Below, one piece after another: positions 1-7,502 of a stretch of DNA of 32,000 nt. Every line of letters starts with the position of its first letter. Within the stretch, counting starts at the first letter, position 1. Location of the stretch: the sequence record ON456343.1; one strand, 5' to 3'. The notes under the pieces are model-generated. The model saw only the letters and a program-made list of their open reading frames with translations. It searched no databases and was not told the DNA's origin. The stretch is from Streptomyces phage Stigma. The position numbers and the translations under genes were made by a program.

Positions 1-204
1 CCAACAGAGGTTTCATACGAACACTCTGCTGAATATGCTGCTGAGGATATTTACGAAGCTCAGATTTTCCTAGATGGTGGAATTAGTCTTATTGGTAAGA
101 ACAGACCACCTTCTGAGGATGGTACGATTCCTGGTGGAATGTACGGTCGTACTGCTAACCCTTCCGGTACAGTCACGGCCCCTCTCGAAGAGGCTCCCGA
201 GTAA
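1..204 (+). CDS. 3' end of a hypothetical protein CDS (open at left edge)
   Basis: Frame 1 open from base 1 to TAA at 202-204 (PTEVSYEHSAEYAAEDIYEAQIF...PLEEAPE*), followed directly by a promoter. Confidence 0.6.
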   Translation, partial: PTEVSYEHSAEYAAEDIYEAQIFLDGGISLIGKNRPPSEDGTIPGGMYGRTANPSGTVTAPLEEAPE

Positions 205-207
205 GAC

Positions 208-237
208 TTGACAGAGGCTTGACGCTTCTGGTAAGGT
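208..237 (+). promoter_or_regulatory. sigma70-like promoter TTGACA-18-TAAGGT upstream of tRNA-Glu
   Basis: TTGACA 208-213, TAAGGT 232-237; same form recurs throughout the window. Confidence 0.6.
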
Positions 238-345
238 ATTAAGTACAAGGTAAGGCAACCGCCCAAGAGTTGCCGACTGTGTTGGACTAAGGAACCAACA
301 TAGAGGGTGCGGCATCACTACTTTATCTACATGCATGGCACTCAT

Positions 346-421
346 GCTCCGGTGGTCTAGTCTGGTCTAGGATACTTGACTCTCAATCAAGAGGGCACGG
401 GTTCGAATCCCGTTCGGAGTA
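346..421 (+). tRNA. tRNA-Glu (anticodon CTC)
   Basis: Cloverleaf by hand: acceptor GCTCCGG/TCGGAGT (with G-U pairs), anticodon stem CTTGA/TCAAG with loop CTCTCAA, T arm ACGGG-TTCGAAT-CCCGT. Confidence 0.88.
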
Positions 422-526
422 CAAGCATTGACAATCGAGCGTACTAGCGCTAGTATTGAGAGAAACCGCAAGATTGTTAATGACTAGGTTGAGTAGCTAC
501 CATTACGAACGCTCAATAACCGACAT

Positions 527-601
527 GCCCCGTTAGTCTAGTGGCCTAGGATTCCGGATTTTCACTCCGCGAGAACATCGGTTCGAATCCGATACGGGGT
601 A
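527..601 (+). tRNA. tRNA-Glu (anticodon TTC)
   Basis: Acceptor GCCCCGT/ACGGGGT, anticodon loop TTTTCAC, T arm with GGTTCGAATCC; one mismatch in the anticodon stem. Confidence 0.85.
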
Positions 602-602
602 C

Positions 603-791
603 ATGGGTATTACAGGAAACACACCAAAGTATAAGCGTGGAGACAGAGTTTACTCAAAGACTTATGGCAGCAATGCTACGGTAGTCGCAGTAGACAACGA
701 CAACGCTGTACCGATTTACATTATCAGAATTGACGGTTCAAAGAAGGACAGCTACAATATTTATGAGCGTCAACTAGGTAATGCACGATAA
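603..791 (+). CDS. small KOW/SH3-like hypothetical protein (62 aa)
   Basis: ORF MGITGNTPKYKRGDRVYSKTYGSNATVVAVDNDN..., followed by hairpin-AAGCTT. Confidence 0.6.
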   Translation: MGITGNTPKYKRGDRVYSKTYGSNATVVAVDNDNAVPIYIIRIDGSKKDSYNIYERQLGNAR

Positions 792-814
792 AATTATTGG
801 GCTTCGGCCCAAGC

Positions 815-940
815 TTTGTAAGTGGATGGAATGCGATAGAGATAAAGGCCGTAAGTAACGTACGTATCTTCAGCGGTGGGGACTCTAACGATGCTGTTCT
901 CCCGTCCCCAAGGGTCCAGATTGGCAGCGAAACTTACAAA
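815..940 (+). ncRNA. candidate structured RNA between tRNA genes
   Basis: Closing stem TTTGTAAG (815-822)/CTTACAAA (933-940) and inner stem GGGGAC (878-883)/GTCCCC (904-909); no convincing ORF. Confidence 0.35.
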
Positions 941-995
941 TGTGAGGTTGCATCACGGCTTCGGGCCTCCAAAAATAATCATGAAACCGTGACCC

Positions 996-1066
996 TCCGT
1001 AGTAGTGAAATGGTATCACTTCTGCTTGCCAAGCAGACAGCGCGAGTTCGATTCTCGTCTACGGGA
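996..1066 (+). tRNA. tRNA-Gly (anticodon GCC)
   Basis: Acceptor TCCGTAG/CTACGGG, anticodon arm TCTGC-TTGCCAA-GCAGA, T loop TTCGATT. Confidence 0.88.
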
Positions 1067-1072
1067 CCATGA

Positions 1073-1112
1073 ACAGGCACACCGGGTAAAGCCGCACTGC
1101 CTGTCTTTTTTT
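1073..1112 (+). terminator. intrinsic terminator after tRNA-Gly
   Basis: ACAGGCA...TGCCTGT followed by CTTTTTTTA. Confidence 0.7.
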
Positions 1113-1138
1113 ATCCATAAACAAAGTTAGGATTAGCA

Positions 1139-1660
1139 ATGATTCAGATTGGTATTCGCGTCCGGGTTCTCGATAACTATTCTGGTGGTCTTGGAAATAC
1201 GATTGGTCGTACTGGCAAGGTTCTTCGTGCTAGCTCGGAAGGTCTCTACCTCCTTGACATCAAGGGCAGTCGCAAGGCTTCCTGGGGTGACTACACCTAC
1301 GAGCGAGACGTTATTGTGAAGGCTGACGAAATTGAGCCGGTCTCCTTTGACCTGAAGGATGCTCAGGGACGTAAGATTGAGCTTGGCGACAAGGTTGCTT
1401 ACGGTCCTCTCGGTGGTGGTGTTACCATCGGTACTGTTGTTGATATCGATGAGCGTGAGGGGCGATACGGCTACAAGACTACGAAGTTCCGTCTTGAAAC
1501 TAATGGTAAGGATTATTTCAACGATGGTGGTGACCGAACGATTTCGGGCGGTAACCTGAAGACCTATCGTTGGTATGAGCACTCTGGACGATGTGTTATC
1601 ATCGAAAAGAATCCGATTAATGCGGATGTGTTTGAACTGCGCTCGGTTCCTATGCCATGA
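1139..1660 (+). CDS. hypothetical protein with KOW/SH3-like repeats (173 aa)
   Basis: Long ORF with GTVVDIDEREGRYGYKTTKFRLE-type turns. Confidence 0.7.
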   Translation: MIQIGIRVRVLDNYSGGLGNTIGRTGKVLRASSEGLYLLDIKGSRKASWGDYTYERDVIVKADEIEPVSFDLKDAQGRKIELGDKVAYGPLGGGVTIGTVVDIDEREGRYGYKTTKFRLETNGKDYFNDGGDRTISGGNLKTYRWYEHSGRCVIIEKNPINADVFELRSVPMP

Positions 1661-1824
1661 AGAAGCCAAAGCCACTAGGAAAGGGAAACTACAGAGTTTG
1701 CCCTACTTGCGGAGGCCAAGGCGTTAAGGCTAATATGCGTAAGTATCCAAAGAGTTCAACAAATGATGCTGTCGTTTGGGAAGACTGCAAAACTTGCAAG
1801 ACTGCTGGTTGGATTGAGGCTTGA
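1657..1824 (+). CDS. small zinc-ribbon protein (55 aa)
   Basis: ATG overlaps previous stop; MKKPKPLGKGNYRVCPTCGGQGVKANMRKYPKSSTNDAVVWEDCKTCKTAGWIEA with CxxCGGxG and CxxC knuckles. Confidence 0.65.
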   Translation: MKKPKPLGKGNYRVCPTCGGQGVKANMRKYPKSSTNDAVVWEDCKTCKTAGWIEA

Positions 1825-1850
1825 CAGCCCTGGGCTGACTGTGTTACAGT
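1821..1850 (+). promoter_or_regulatory. sigma70-like promoter TTGACA-17/18-TTACAGT
   Basis: TTGACA 1821-1826, TACAGT 1845-1850; predicted TSS about 1856. Confidence 0.5.
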
Positions 1851-1853
1851 AGA

Positions 1854-1962
1854 TATATCGGGTCGGACGGATAGGGTTATCTAACAATCAATTGGTGATG
1901 AGCCTTCGGGCAACCCTGCGGCGGGTATAGCCGCATCTCCCTTCCTCAACATATCCGATGTA
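1854..1962 (+). ncRNA. candidate structured RNA upstream of tRNA-Gly(TCC)
   Basis: TATATCGG (1854-1861)/CCGATGTA (1955-1962); AGGGTT/AACCCT (1873-1878/1912-1917); GCC-TTCG-GGC; TGCGGC/GCCGCA (1917-1922/1930-1935). Begins close to the predicted TSS. Confidence 0.45.
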
Positions 1963-1965
1963 TTT

Positions 1966-2036
1966 GCGGGTGTAGTTTAATGGTAGAACAACAGACTTCC
2001 ACTCTGTTAGCGGGGGTTCGATTCCCCCTACCCGCT
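1966..2036 (+). tRNA. tRNA-Gly (anticodon TCC)
   Basis: Acceptor GCGGGTG/TACCCGC, anticodon arm ACAGA-CTTCCAC-TCTGT, T loop TTCGATT. Confidence 0.9.
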
Positions 2037-2101
2037 CGAAACGAATGTCCCCGCTGGTAAAAACTGGCGGGGCTTCGTTGTTTCTATGGTAAGATGGAGT
2101 C

Positions 2102-2299
2102 ATGGAAGAAATCGTATCCTACAGCTTTGCTGTAGACATCTACAAGAATGATTCTGGAACCTTCACCTATGGTGTCTTCCAGGAGATTGAGTCAGATGAG
2201 GATGACGAGCTACAGTTGCTTGAGACTGGTGAAGCTGATACACTTGCTGAAGCAGCCGAGATTGCTGGTCGTAGCATCAAGACATTGTTCGTCGTCTGA
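2102..2299 (+). CDS. hypothetical protein (65 aa)
   Basis: ORF MEEIVSYSFAVDIYKNDSGTFTYGVFQEIESDEDD... Confidence 0.6.
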   Translation: MEEIVSYSFAVDIYKNDSGTFTYGVFQEIESDEDDELQLLETGEADTLAEAAEIAGRSIKTLFVV

Positions 2300-2342
2300 A
2301 TTTTATGGCAAATTTTGACGAGGGTTCGTAAAGGGCCTTCTA

Positions 2343-2414
2343 TCCCCCTTAGTGTAATTGGCAGCACGACTGTCTTTGGAACAGTTAGTTCGAGTTCGAG
2401 TCTCGCCGGGGGAG
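2343..2414 (+). tRNA. tRNA-Gln (anticodon TTG)
   Basis: TCCCCC/GGGGGA acceptor, anticodon arm ACTGT-CTTTGGA-ACAGT, T loop TTCGAGT; mismatches at the acceptor/T-stem junction. Confidence 0.82.
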
Positions 2415-2438
2415 CAACCATAACAAAAGGAGAAGTTA

Positions 2439-2675
2439 ATGGTTATCGCAGCAACTATCATTTGGATTATCGGAATGGTAATGGTTCTTGTCTTCGGATT
2501 TGCAGTTGCCCTTACTGGGGAACTTCATGAAGAGGAACCTCTTGATAGGCTTTTCAAAAGTTGGGGTGGAACGAGGTTTTACAGTCTGTACTTCCTTATC
2601 CTGATTCTTTGTCTGCCCATTTGGCCACTCATCCTGGTTTCTATCTGGATTGTCGCCTTGGTTAGGGGATGGTAA
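2439..2675 (+). CDS. small integral membrane protein
   Basis: RBS AAAGGAG upstream; two hydrophobic segments (IIWIIGMVMVLVFGFAVALTG; YFLILILCLPIWPLILVSIWIVALV). Confidence 0.75.
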   Translation: MVIAATIIWIIGMVMVLVFGFAVALTGELHEEEPLDRLFKSWGGTRFYSLYFLILILCLPIWPLILVSIWIVALVRGW

Positions 2676-2676
2676 G

Positions 2677-2892
2677 ATGATTTTCCTGTGGGTTTATCTG
2701 GCCGGGTTGACGTTCTGCTTGCTCGGTGGTACAGTTACTGCATTCGTTGAGAAGCGTAGATTCAAGGAAAACAAGGTTTCTGCTACCGCGTGGGCTTCAA
2801 TTGCTCTTTATTCTATCTGGTGGCCGTTCATTGTCGTTCTTAATATTATCTGTCTTCCATTCGAATTCTTCGACAGAAAGAATGGTCGATAA
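2677..2892 (+). CDS. small integral membrane protein
   Basis: MIFLWVYLAGLTFCLLGGTVTAF...ALYSIWWPFIVVLNIICLPF; start chosen at the internal Met. Confidence 0.7.
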   Translation: MIFLWVYLAGLTFCLLGGTVTAFVEKRRFKENKVSATAWASIALYSIWWPFIVVLNIICLPFEFFDRKNGR

Positions 2893-2942
2893 GATTTCGG
2901 GGAGTTTACTCCCCAAGCTTCCATTACAAAAAGGAGAAGATA

Positions 2943-3401
2943 ATGGATATTCTGTTCTGGATTTGGGTAGTACCGGCAGGATTTTTCACCGCTCTGTTCT
3001 TGCTGATTGTACTATTCGCATCACTGATTAACATTCAGACAGGAGCGGTGGTTGGTGGACTTGCAATTGGTGTTTTCGGTCCGCCTGTTGCTGTAGTTCT
3101 TGGCGCTCTTTGGCCAGTTACTTGGCCTCTCTTCTCTCTGTTTGGTCGTCTCGATGACAAGCGAACTGAGGAGAGGAATGCTGAATACGAGAAGCGCCTT
3201 TCTGAAAAGGAGGGTTATGGTAAGCTGATGAAGATTACTGAAGTTTACTCTCACCTTGAGGACAAGGGTTATCTCGGTTCGGTGGTCAAGGTTATTCAGT
3301 GGAATGACCCCGCCAAGGAAAAGGCTTACGTCGAGTTTGTTGACCAGAGTATTCGTTCTGGCCGATTCTATTGGTCGCATGACATGATGGAAGAGGTCTG
3401 A
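2943..3401 (+). CDS. membrane protein with soluble C-terminal domain (152 aa)
   Basis: Strong RBS AAAGGAG; hydrophobic segments then basic linker and soluble tail. Confidence 0.75.
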   Translation: MDILFWIWVVPAGFFTALFLLIVLFASLINIQTGAVVGGLAIGVFGPPVAVVLGALWPVTWPLFSLFGRLDDKRTEERNAEYEKRLSEKEGYGKLMKITEVYSHLEDKGYLGSVVKVIQWNDPAKEKAYVEFVDQSIRSGRFYWSHDMMEEV

Positions 3402-3446
3402 TACAGTTGGGGCGAAAGCCCCAAGCTTTCGTAAAGGAGGACATTG

Positions 3447-3755
3447 ATGAATGTGCTGATTGGTCTTGCGATTCTGGCTGTCATCCTGTACAGTTATGAA
3501 CGCAACCGAGGAGTCCGGGCGGCTCGAAAGTCTCGCGAGAGGTTGGAAGCTCTGAAGAAGGGTGAGAATTATGGCCGGTGGTTTACCATCGCTAGCTCCC
3601 TTGACTCAGACCGGGTGTACTATGGTAAGGTAATCAGGTGGGAAGTTCCTGAAGACCCTAATGATGTTGCCGAACTGTACTGCGTAGAAGGTTCTAACCC
3701 TGATGGCTGGACTCCTTCATTTGTTTGGCCGAAGGATGACCTTATTCTTCAGTAG
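3447..3755 (+). CDS. single-TM membrane protein
   Basis: MNVLIGLAILAVILYSYERNRGVRAARK... preceded by AAAGGAG. Confidence 0.75.
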   Translation: MNVLIGLAILAVILYSYERNRGVRAARKSRERLEALKKGENYGRWFTIASSLDSDRVYYGKVIRWEVPEDPNDVAELYCVEGSNPDGWTPSFVWPKDDLILQ

Positions 3756-3796
3756 TATCTCTGCCCGAAAGGGCAAGCTTTCAAAAAGGAGGAAGT

Positions 3797-3997
3797 ATGA
3801 TTGCGCTTCTCATGACTATTTATCTCATCGGATTCCTTGGCATGGCAGGCTTTATTCTGTTCGCCTTGGGTGTTGGTGCGATGTTCGGTAGTTTTCCCAC
3901 ATCAGATGTTTGGAAGGCTTTCGCTTATGCTTCCGTCTGGCCAGTTCTTATTGTGTGGGGTTTTTGCAATTTCGTTATTTACAAGATTAGGAACTAA
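3797..3997 (+). CDS. small integral membrane protein
   Basis: MIALLMTIYLIGFLGMAGFILFALGV... preceded by AAGGAGG. Confidence 0.75.
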   Translation: MIALLMTIYLIGFLGMAGFILFALGVGAMFGSFPTSDVWKAFAYASVWPVLIVWGFCNFVIYKIRN

Positions 3998-4612
3998 ATG
4001 GATTTCAATCAACTGCGTGAAATGATTCCTCTTGCAACTGGAGAGAAACTTCACGTAATGGAAATGAAGCCATATCCAAACATTACCCTCGCTATGCCGG
4101 GTAGGCATCAGAATGATACTACTCCAATTGGCGGGGATTTTGTTGTTATGGTGGATGATGATTCAATGGGTTGGGTCAGGCATCAGTTCACTCACGGTGA
4201 CCTTTGGGATGACCTTGAAAAGAAGATGCAAACGGACCTTGAAGGTGCTACAGTGCTTATGCGGGACTACGCAAAGGTGGTTCGTGGCTCTGACCCTGTA
4301 ATGCCTGGTTGGGATTTTCAGCGGGGTGGTTATGATGGTGAGGGCTCAGACCCTTGGGAAACTACCATGCATCCTCAGACTTTCCTCTACGCCGTTCAGT
4401 GCCTTGCTGTAGCTGAGCATCGTCGGTACTGGCAGCATGAGTGTCAGGGTGGTGGAAGGTACTTGCCAGCACGGTTCTCTATGGGTATTATAGAACGCAA
4501 GTGGACAGCAGCAGACGCTAAGTCTTATCAGTATCGTGGTCGTCAAGGTCTTGAGAATCTGATTAAGGAGAAGGGTCGTCCTACGCCACTTAAGAAGTTT
4601 GCTGAGTCGTAA
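3998..4612 (+). CDS. hypothetical protein (204 aa)
   Basis: Long ORF abutting the upstream stop codon. Confidence 0.75.
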   Translation: MDFNQLREMIPLATGEKLHVMEMKPYPNITLAMPGRHQNDTTPIGGDFVVMVDDDSMGWVRHQFTHGDLWDDLEKKMQTDLEGATVLMRDYAKVVRGSDPVMPGWDFQRGGYDGEGSDPWETTMHPQTFLYAVQCLAVAEHRRYWQHECQGGGRYLPARFSMGIIERKWTAADAKSYQYRGRQGLENLIKEKGRPTPLKKFAES

Positions 4613-4657
4613 AACCCGGCAAAATTTGGGGGCCTTTCGTAAAGGCTCTCAAGCTTG

Positions 4658-4669
4658 TATACTAGACCT
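4658..4669 (+). promoter_or_regulatory. -10 element TATACT six nt upstream of ATG (leaderless-type)
   Basis: TATACT 4658-4663 then agacct then ATG 4670. Confidence 0.45.
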
Positions 4670-4933
4670 ATGAGAGAAATTTGCGAAGAACTAGCGCACT
4701 GGTTTTTGGTGCATGACTATAAATGGAAGTTTGATTATGGCCACGGAAATCCGGATGCGGATGACATTGAGGCTGTAGTTAACCGAGCAATGCAATTGCT
4801 GAGTGTTGAAGATACTGATACCAGACTTGAAGTTGGTCGTCTTATCTTCATGAAGAATGCTGAGCTGGGTTTGGTAGACATCTTTGTCCACGCTGGAACA
4901 ATTGGAGAAAATGATGAAGACAGCAACGTTTGA
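4670..4933 (+). CDS. hypothetical protein
   Basis: MREICEELAHWFLVHDYKWKFDYGHGNPDADDIEAVVNRAMQLLS... Confidence 0.65.
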   Translation: MREICEELAHWFLVHDYKWKFDYGHGNPDADDIEAVVNRAMQLLSVEDTDTRLEVGRLIFMKNAELGLVDIFVHAGTIGENDEDSNV

Positions 4934-5336
4934 TTACACTGAGATGGCCGTAGTTGACAGCAGCTTTATTGACGCTGTTTACTACAACGACAAGACGAGT
5001 GAACTTGCGGTAAGTATGCTTAATGGAGACACGCATTTCTATGGCGCTGTCCCCGCCCGCACCTTCTACAGCCTTGTTGATGGTCCATCCGCTGGTGCTG
5101 CTTACAACCGTGAGGTTAAGGACCAGTTCACGAACCTTGGCAACGGGCCGGTTCATGAGGTACAGTTTATTTCATACGAGCCTGGCGTTAACAAGCGCTT
5201 CCAGGTTCATGCTACAGTAAAGTATCAGCAGTTCTTTGACGCTGAGACTGCTGCGGACGCTGCCAAGCAGATGGAGAAGTACATGGCTCCAAACTATGGC
5301 AACGTATCAATCACGGAGGTAAAGGAAATTGGGTGA
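4914..5336 (+). CDS. KTSC-domain protein
   Basis: MAVVDSSFIDAVYYNDKTSELAVSMLNGDTHFYGAVPARTFYSLVDGPSAGAAYNREVKDQF matches the KTSC domain pattern. Confidence 0.75.
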   Translation: MKTATFDYTEMAVVDSSFIDAVYYNDKTSELAVSMLNGDTHFYGAVPARTFYSLVDGPSAGAAYNREVKDQFTNLGNGPVHEVQFISYEPGVNKRFQVHATVKYQQFFDAETAADAAKQMEKYMAPNYGNVSITEVKEIG

Positions 5337-5640
5337 CGTTCGTAAGGTCCGTACACTAACGGAACTTCACGAAATTATGAACAGCCATGATAAGGTTGTT
5401 CTTGACTTGGCTGCACCTTCTTGGTGTGTTCCTTGTCAGAGACTTGCCCCGCATTTTAAGAAGGCTGCGGAAAAGTCGGACGCTGCTTTTGTTGAGGTAG
5501 ATATTGAGGATGCTGAAGAGGATATTCTCAACACCTATCCAACTCAGTCGGTTCCTACGGTTCTCCTCTTGCAGAAGGGTGAACCAACGGTTACACTGAA
5601 GGGACGAACTTCGGTCGCACTGCTTAAGGAGATTGCATAA
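5329..5640 (+). CDS. thioredoxin-like protein
   Basis: KVVLDLAAPSWCVPCQRLAPHFKKAAEKSDAAFVEVDIED...YPTQSVPTVLLLQKGE with WCxxC motif and cis-Pro. Confidence 0.9.
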   Translation: MGDVRKVRTLTELHEIMNSHDKVVLDLAAPSWCVPCQRLAPHFKKAAEKSDAAFVEVDIEDAEEDILNTYPTQSVPTVLLLQKGEPTVTLKGRTSVALLKEIA

Positions 5641-5692
5641 TCTCGGCGGGTATCGTAAGGTACCCGCAAGCTTCCAACAAAGGAGAAATGAC

Positions 5693-5872
5693 ATGACCGC
5701 TCAGGACCTTGGTGCTACTCCTCAGCAGCTCATTAATAAGGCTGAAGGAATGCTCAATCAGATTTCGGAATATCCCACAGAGCGTGACGAGCCTCGAATT
5801 ATTAAGGCTCGTGCTCTTATCGAACTGGCTCAAGCTAAGATTGCTCTAAAGGAATTCCACAGGGCTCGATAA
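5693..5872 (+). CDS. hypothetical protein (59 aa)
   Basis: RBS AGGAGAA upstream; MTAQDLGATPQQLINKAEGMLNQ... Confidence 0.7.
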   Translation: MTAQDLGATPQQLINKAEGMLNQISEYPTERDEPRIIKARALIELAQAKIALKEFHRAR

Positions 5873-5929
5873 AGAGCCGGGCCGAAAGGCCCAAGCTTCC
5901 TACCAACTAAACAGAAAAGGATTAGGAAA

Positions 5930-6166
5930 ATGGTTGAGATTACCGCTGAGCAGGAGAAGCAGAGCCGGGATTTCGTTAAGGCTGCGACTCTCCTTGCCGT
6001 TCATGTTCACGCTGTGAATGAGGCAATTGCTCTTAACGATATGGACCTTCTTAAGGGCAGTGTTGAGTTTGGCACTGAGTTCTCTCAGAAGATTCTTGCT
6101 CAGGTTCCTGAGGACATTCAGATGGAAGTTATGCTCGAAGTTCTCGCGGGTGCGATGGGTCTCTGA
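5930..6166 (+). CDS. hypothetical protein (78 aa)
   Basis: MVEITAEQEKQSRDFVKAATLLAVHVHAVNEAIALND... Confidence 0.7.
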   Translation: MVEITAEQEKQSRDFVKAATLLAVHVHAVNEAIALNDMDLLKGSVEFGTEFSQKILAQVPEDIQMEVMLEVLAGAMGL

Positions 6167-6175
6167 TGTACAATT

Positions 6176-6206
6176 AGGCTAGGGGAGAAATCCCCTAGCT
6201 TTTTTG
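6176..6206 (+). terminator. hairpin with T-tract
   Basis: AGGCTAGGGGAgaaaTCCCCTAGCTTTTTTG. Confidence 0.75.
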
Positions 6207-6223
6207 TATTGGAGGAAGCTTGT

Positions 6224-6448
6224 ATGTCCATTGAATCATGGGAGAATGAAGGAGGTTTTATCCAGATGACTCATTCATACATTGATGGAATGGGTTTTGA
6301 AGAGATGCACGAGGGTAGCCAGCAAGATTGTCTAACTAAGCAGTGTCGTAGGGAGCGACGGTATTACCGCAGCATCCCGTCAATCGACCCGTGGCCCGAG
6401 GGTTCAGGACCCTACGGAACTGACCCGTGGATGCAGGAAGGTATCTGA
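6224..6448 (+). CDS. hypothetical protein
   Basis: GGAGGAAGCTTGT-ATG; MSIESWENEGGFIQMTHSYIDGMGFEEM... Confidence 0.6.
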   Translation: MSIESWENEGGFIQMTHSYIDGMGFEEMHEGSQQDCLTKQCRRERRYYRSIPSIDPWPEGSGPYGTDPWMQEGI

Positions 6449-6452
6449 GAAA

Positions 6453-6947
6453 ATGCACGTCGTACCTAAATTTGAAGGTGACCATAGATTCCTCAGCAAC
6501 TTTTACCACGCGCCTACACGTTTTGTTTTGGCCGATGACATCATAGTCATGCCGACTGGCGAACACGCTTTCCAGGCTGCCAAGTGCAACGCGATGCTTG
6601 ACAGGTCGGAAAAGTTGGAGTACGTTCGTCGTGTTGCAACTGCTGAAACTCCCGGCATCGCCAAGCAGGAAGGGCAGAGGGTCAAGATTGACCTTGACCA
6701 TTGGGAGTCGGTTCGTGTAGATTGTATGCGTGAAGTTGTCTTCCAAAAGTTCTTGCAGCATCCTGACCTGAGAACACAGCTTCTTAAAACAGGCGATGCT
6801 ATGCTTGTGGAAGGAAATACCTGGGGTGATAAATTCTGGGGAAGAGTAGATGGCAAGGGTTTTAATAAGCTCGGTGTCATTTTGATGGAAGTGCGTGGAT
6901 ACTGGCTTTGGCAGACACGCAGAAATAGCCCGGAGATGGGGTCATGA
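6453..6947 (+). CDS. NADAR/YbiA-like domain protein
   Basis: FLSNFY...PTGEHAFQAAK...REVVFQKFLQHPDLRTQLLKTGDAMLVEGNTWGDKFWGRVDGKGFNKLGVILMEVR, the hallmark NADAR signature. Confidence 0.9.
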   Translation: MHVVPKFEGDHRFLSNFYHAPTRFVLADDIIVMPTGEHAFQAAKCNAMLDRSEKLEYVRRVATAETPGIAKQEGQRVKIDLDHWESVRVDCMREVVFQKFLQHPDLRTQLLKTGDAMLVEGNTWGDKFWGRVDGKGFNKLGVILMEVRGYWLWQTRRNSPEMGS

Positions 6948-7105
6948 GCGACAGACAACCTAATTTTGCTGTGCGAGATGAAGTAGTGTATCTGGGAATG
7001 CTTGGTATTGTAAGGCGAGTTCTTCTTGGCAAGAATATCAGATACGTTGTGGAATTTGAACATGGCAGGCAGACAATTCCCGAAGGAAAGTTGAAGAGGG
7101 CATGA
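6944..7105 (+). CDS. small KOW/SH3-like protein (53 aa)
   Basis: Translationally coupled ATG; MSDRQPNFAVRDEVVYLGMLGIVRRVLLGKNIRYVVEFEHGRQTIPEGKLKRA. Confidence 0.65.
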   Translation: MSDRQPNFAVRDEVVYLGMLGIVRRVLLGKNIRYVVEFEHGRQTIPEGKLKRA

Positions 7106-7224
7106 GTCAGAGGTATCGTAAGGCTCAGCGTCTTATTGCATCCCGCCGTTATTTTCGGCGGGTTCGTAATAGGTGGCGCAAGTATGGATGTTCGTGCGGA
7201 AAGCACAACATGAGAGGCAATAAG
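7102..7224 (+). CDS. very small basic protein (40 aa) with CSCGK
   Basis: ATGA overlap; MSQRYRKAQRLIASRRYFRRVRNRWRKYGCSCGKAQHERQ. Confidence 0.5.
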
Positions 7225-7230
7225 TAAATA

Positions 7231-7389
7231 TGGAACCGAAATACAAGGTCGGGCAAAGAGTAAAGTATGACAATCGAACAGGCATCATTCGTAAGGTCTG
7301 GACTACAGACCCCAATGAGACTAAGTATACTGTTGACTTTTTGCCTGGTAAGCACATTCTGACGGAAACTCAGATTACAAAGGCTTAAA
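7231..7389 (+). CDS. small KOW/SH3-like protein (52 aa)
   Basis: MEPKYKVGQRVKYDNRTGIIRKVWTTDPNETKYTVDFLPGKHILTETQITKA. Confidence 0.6.
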
Positions 7390-7399
7390 AATCTTGTTG

Positions 7400-7436
7400 G
7401 GAGGGGTTGACAACTTCTCCCAAGCTCGTTAAACTA
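7400..7436 (+). promoter_or_regulatory. hairpin-embedded promoter: GGGAG...TTGACA...CTCCC then -10 TAAACT
   Basis: TTGACA 7408-7413, 17-nt spacer containing the descending arm, TAAACT 7431-7436. Confidence 0.6.
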
Positions 7437-7502
7437 GAAAAAGAATAAATAGTTAATAGCAAAGAGAAGAATATCTGATAACTAAACAATTAGGGATAAA
7501 TT

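Noticed and set aside
60-345. ORFs 60..266 (-) and 70..345 (+)
   Set aside because: They conflict with the frame-1 CDS (1-204), promoter and tRNA leader and have low-plausibility protein sequence.
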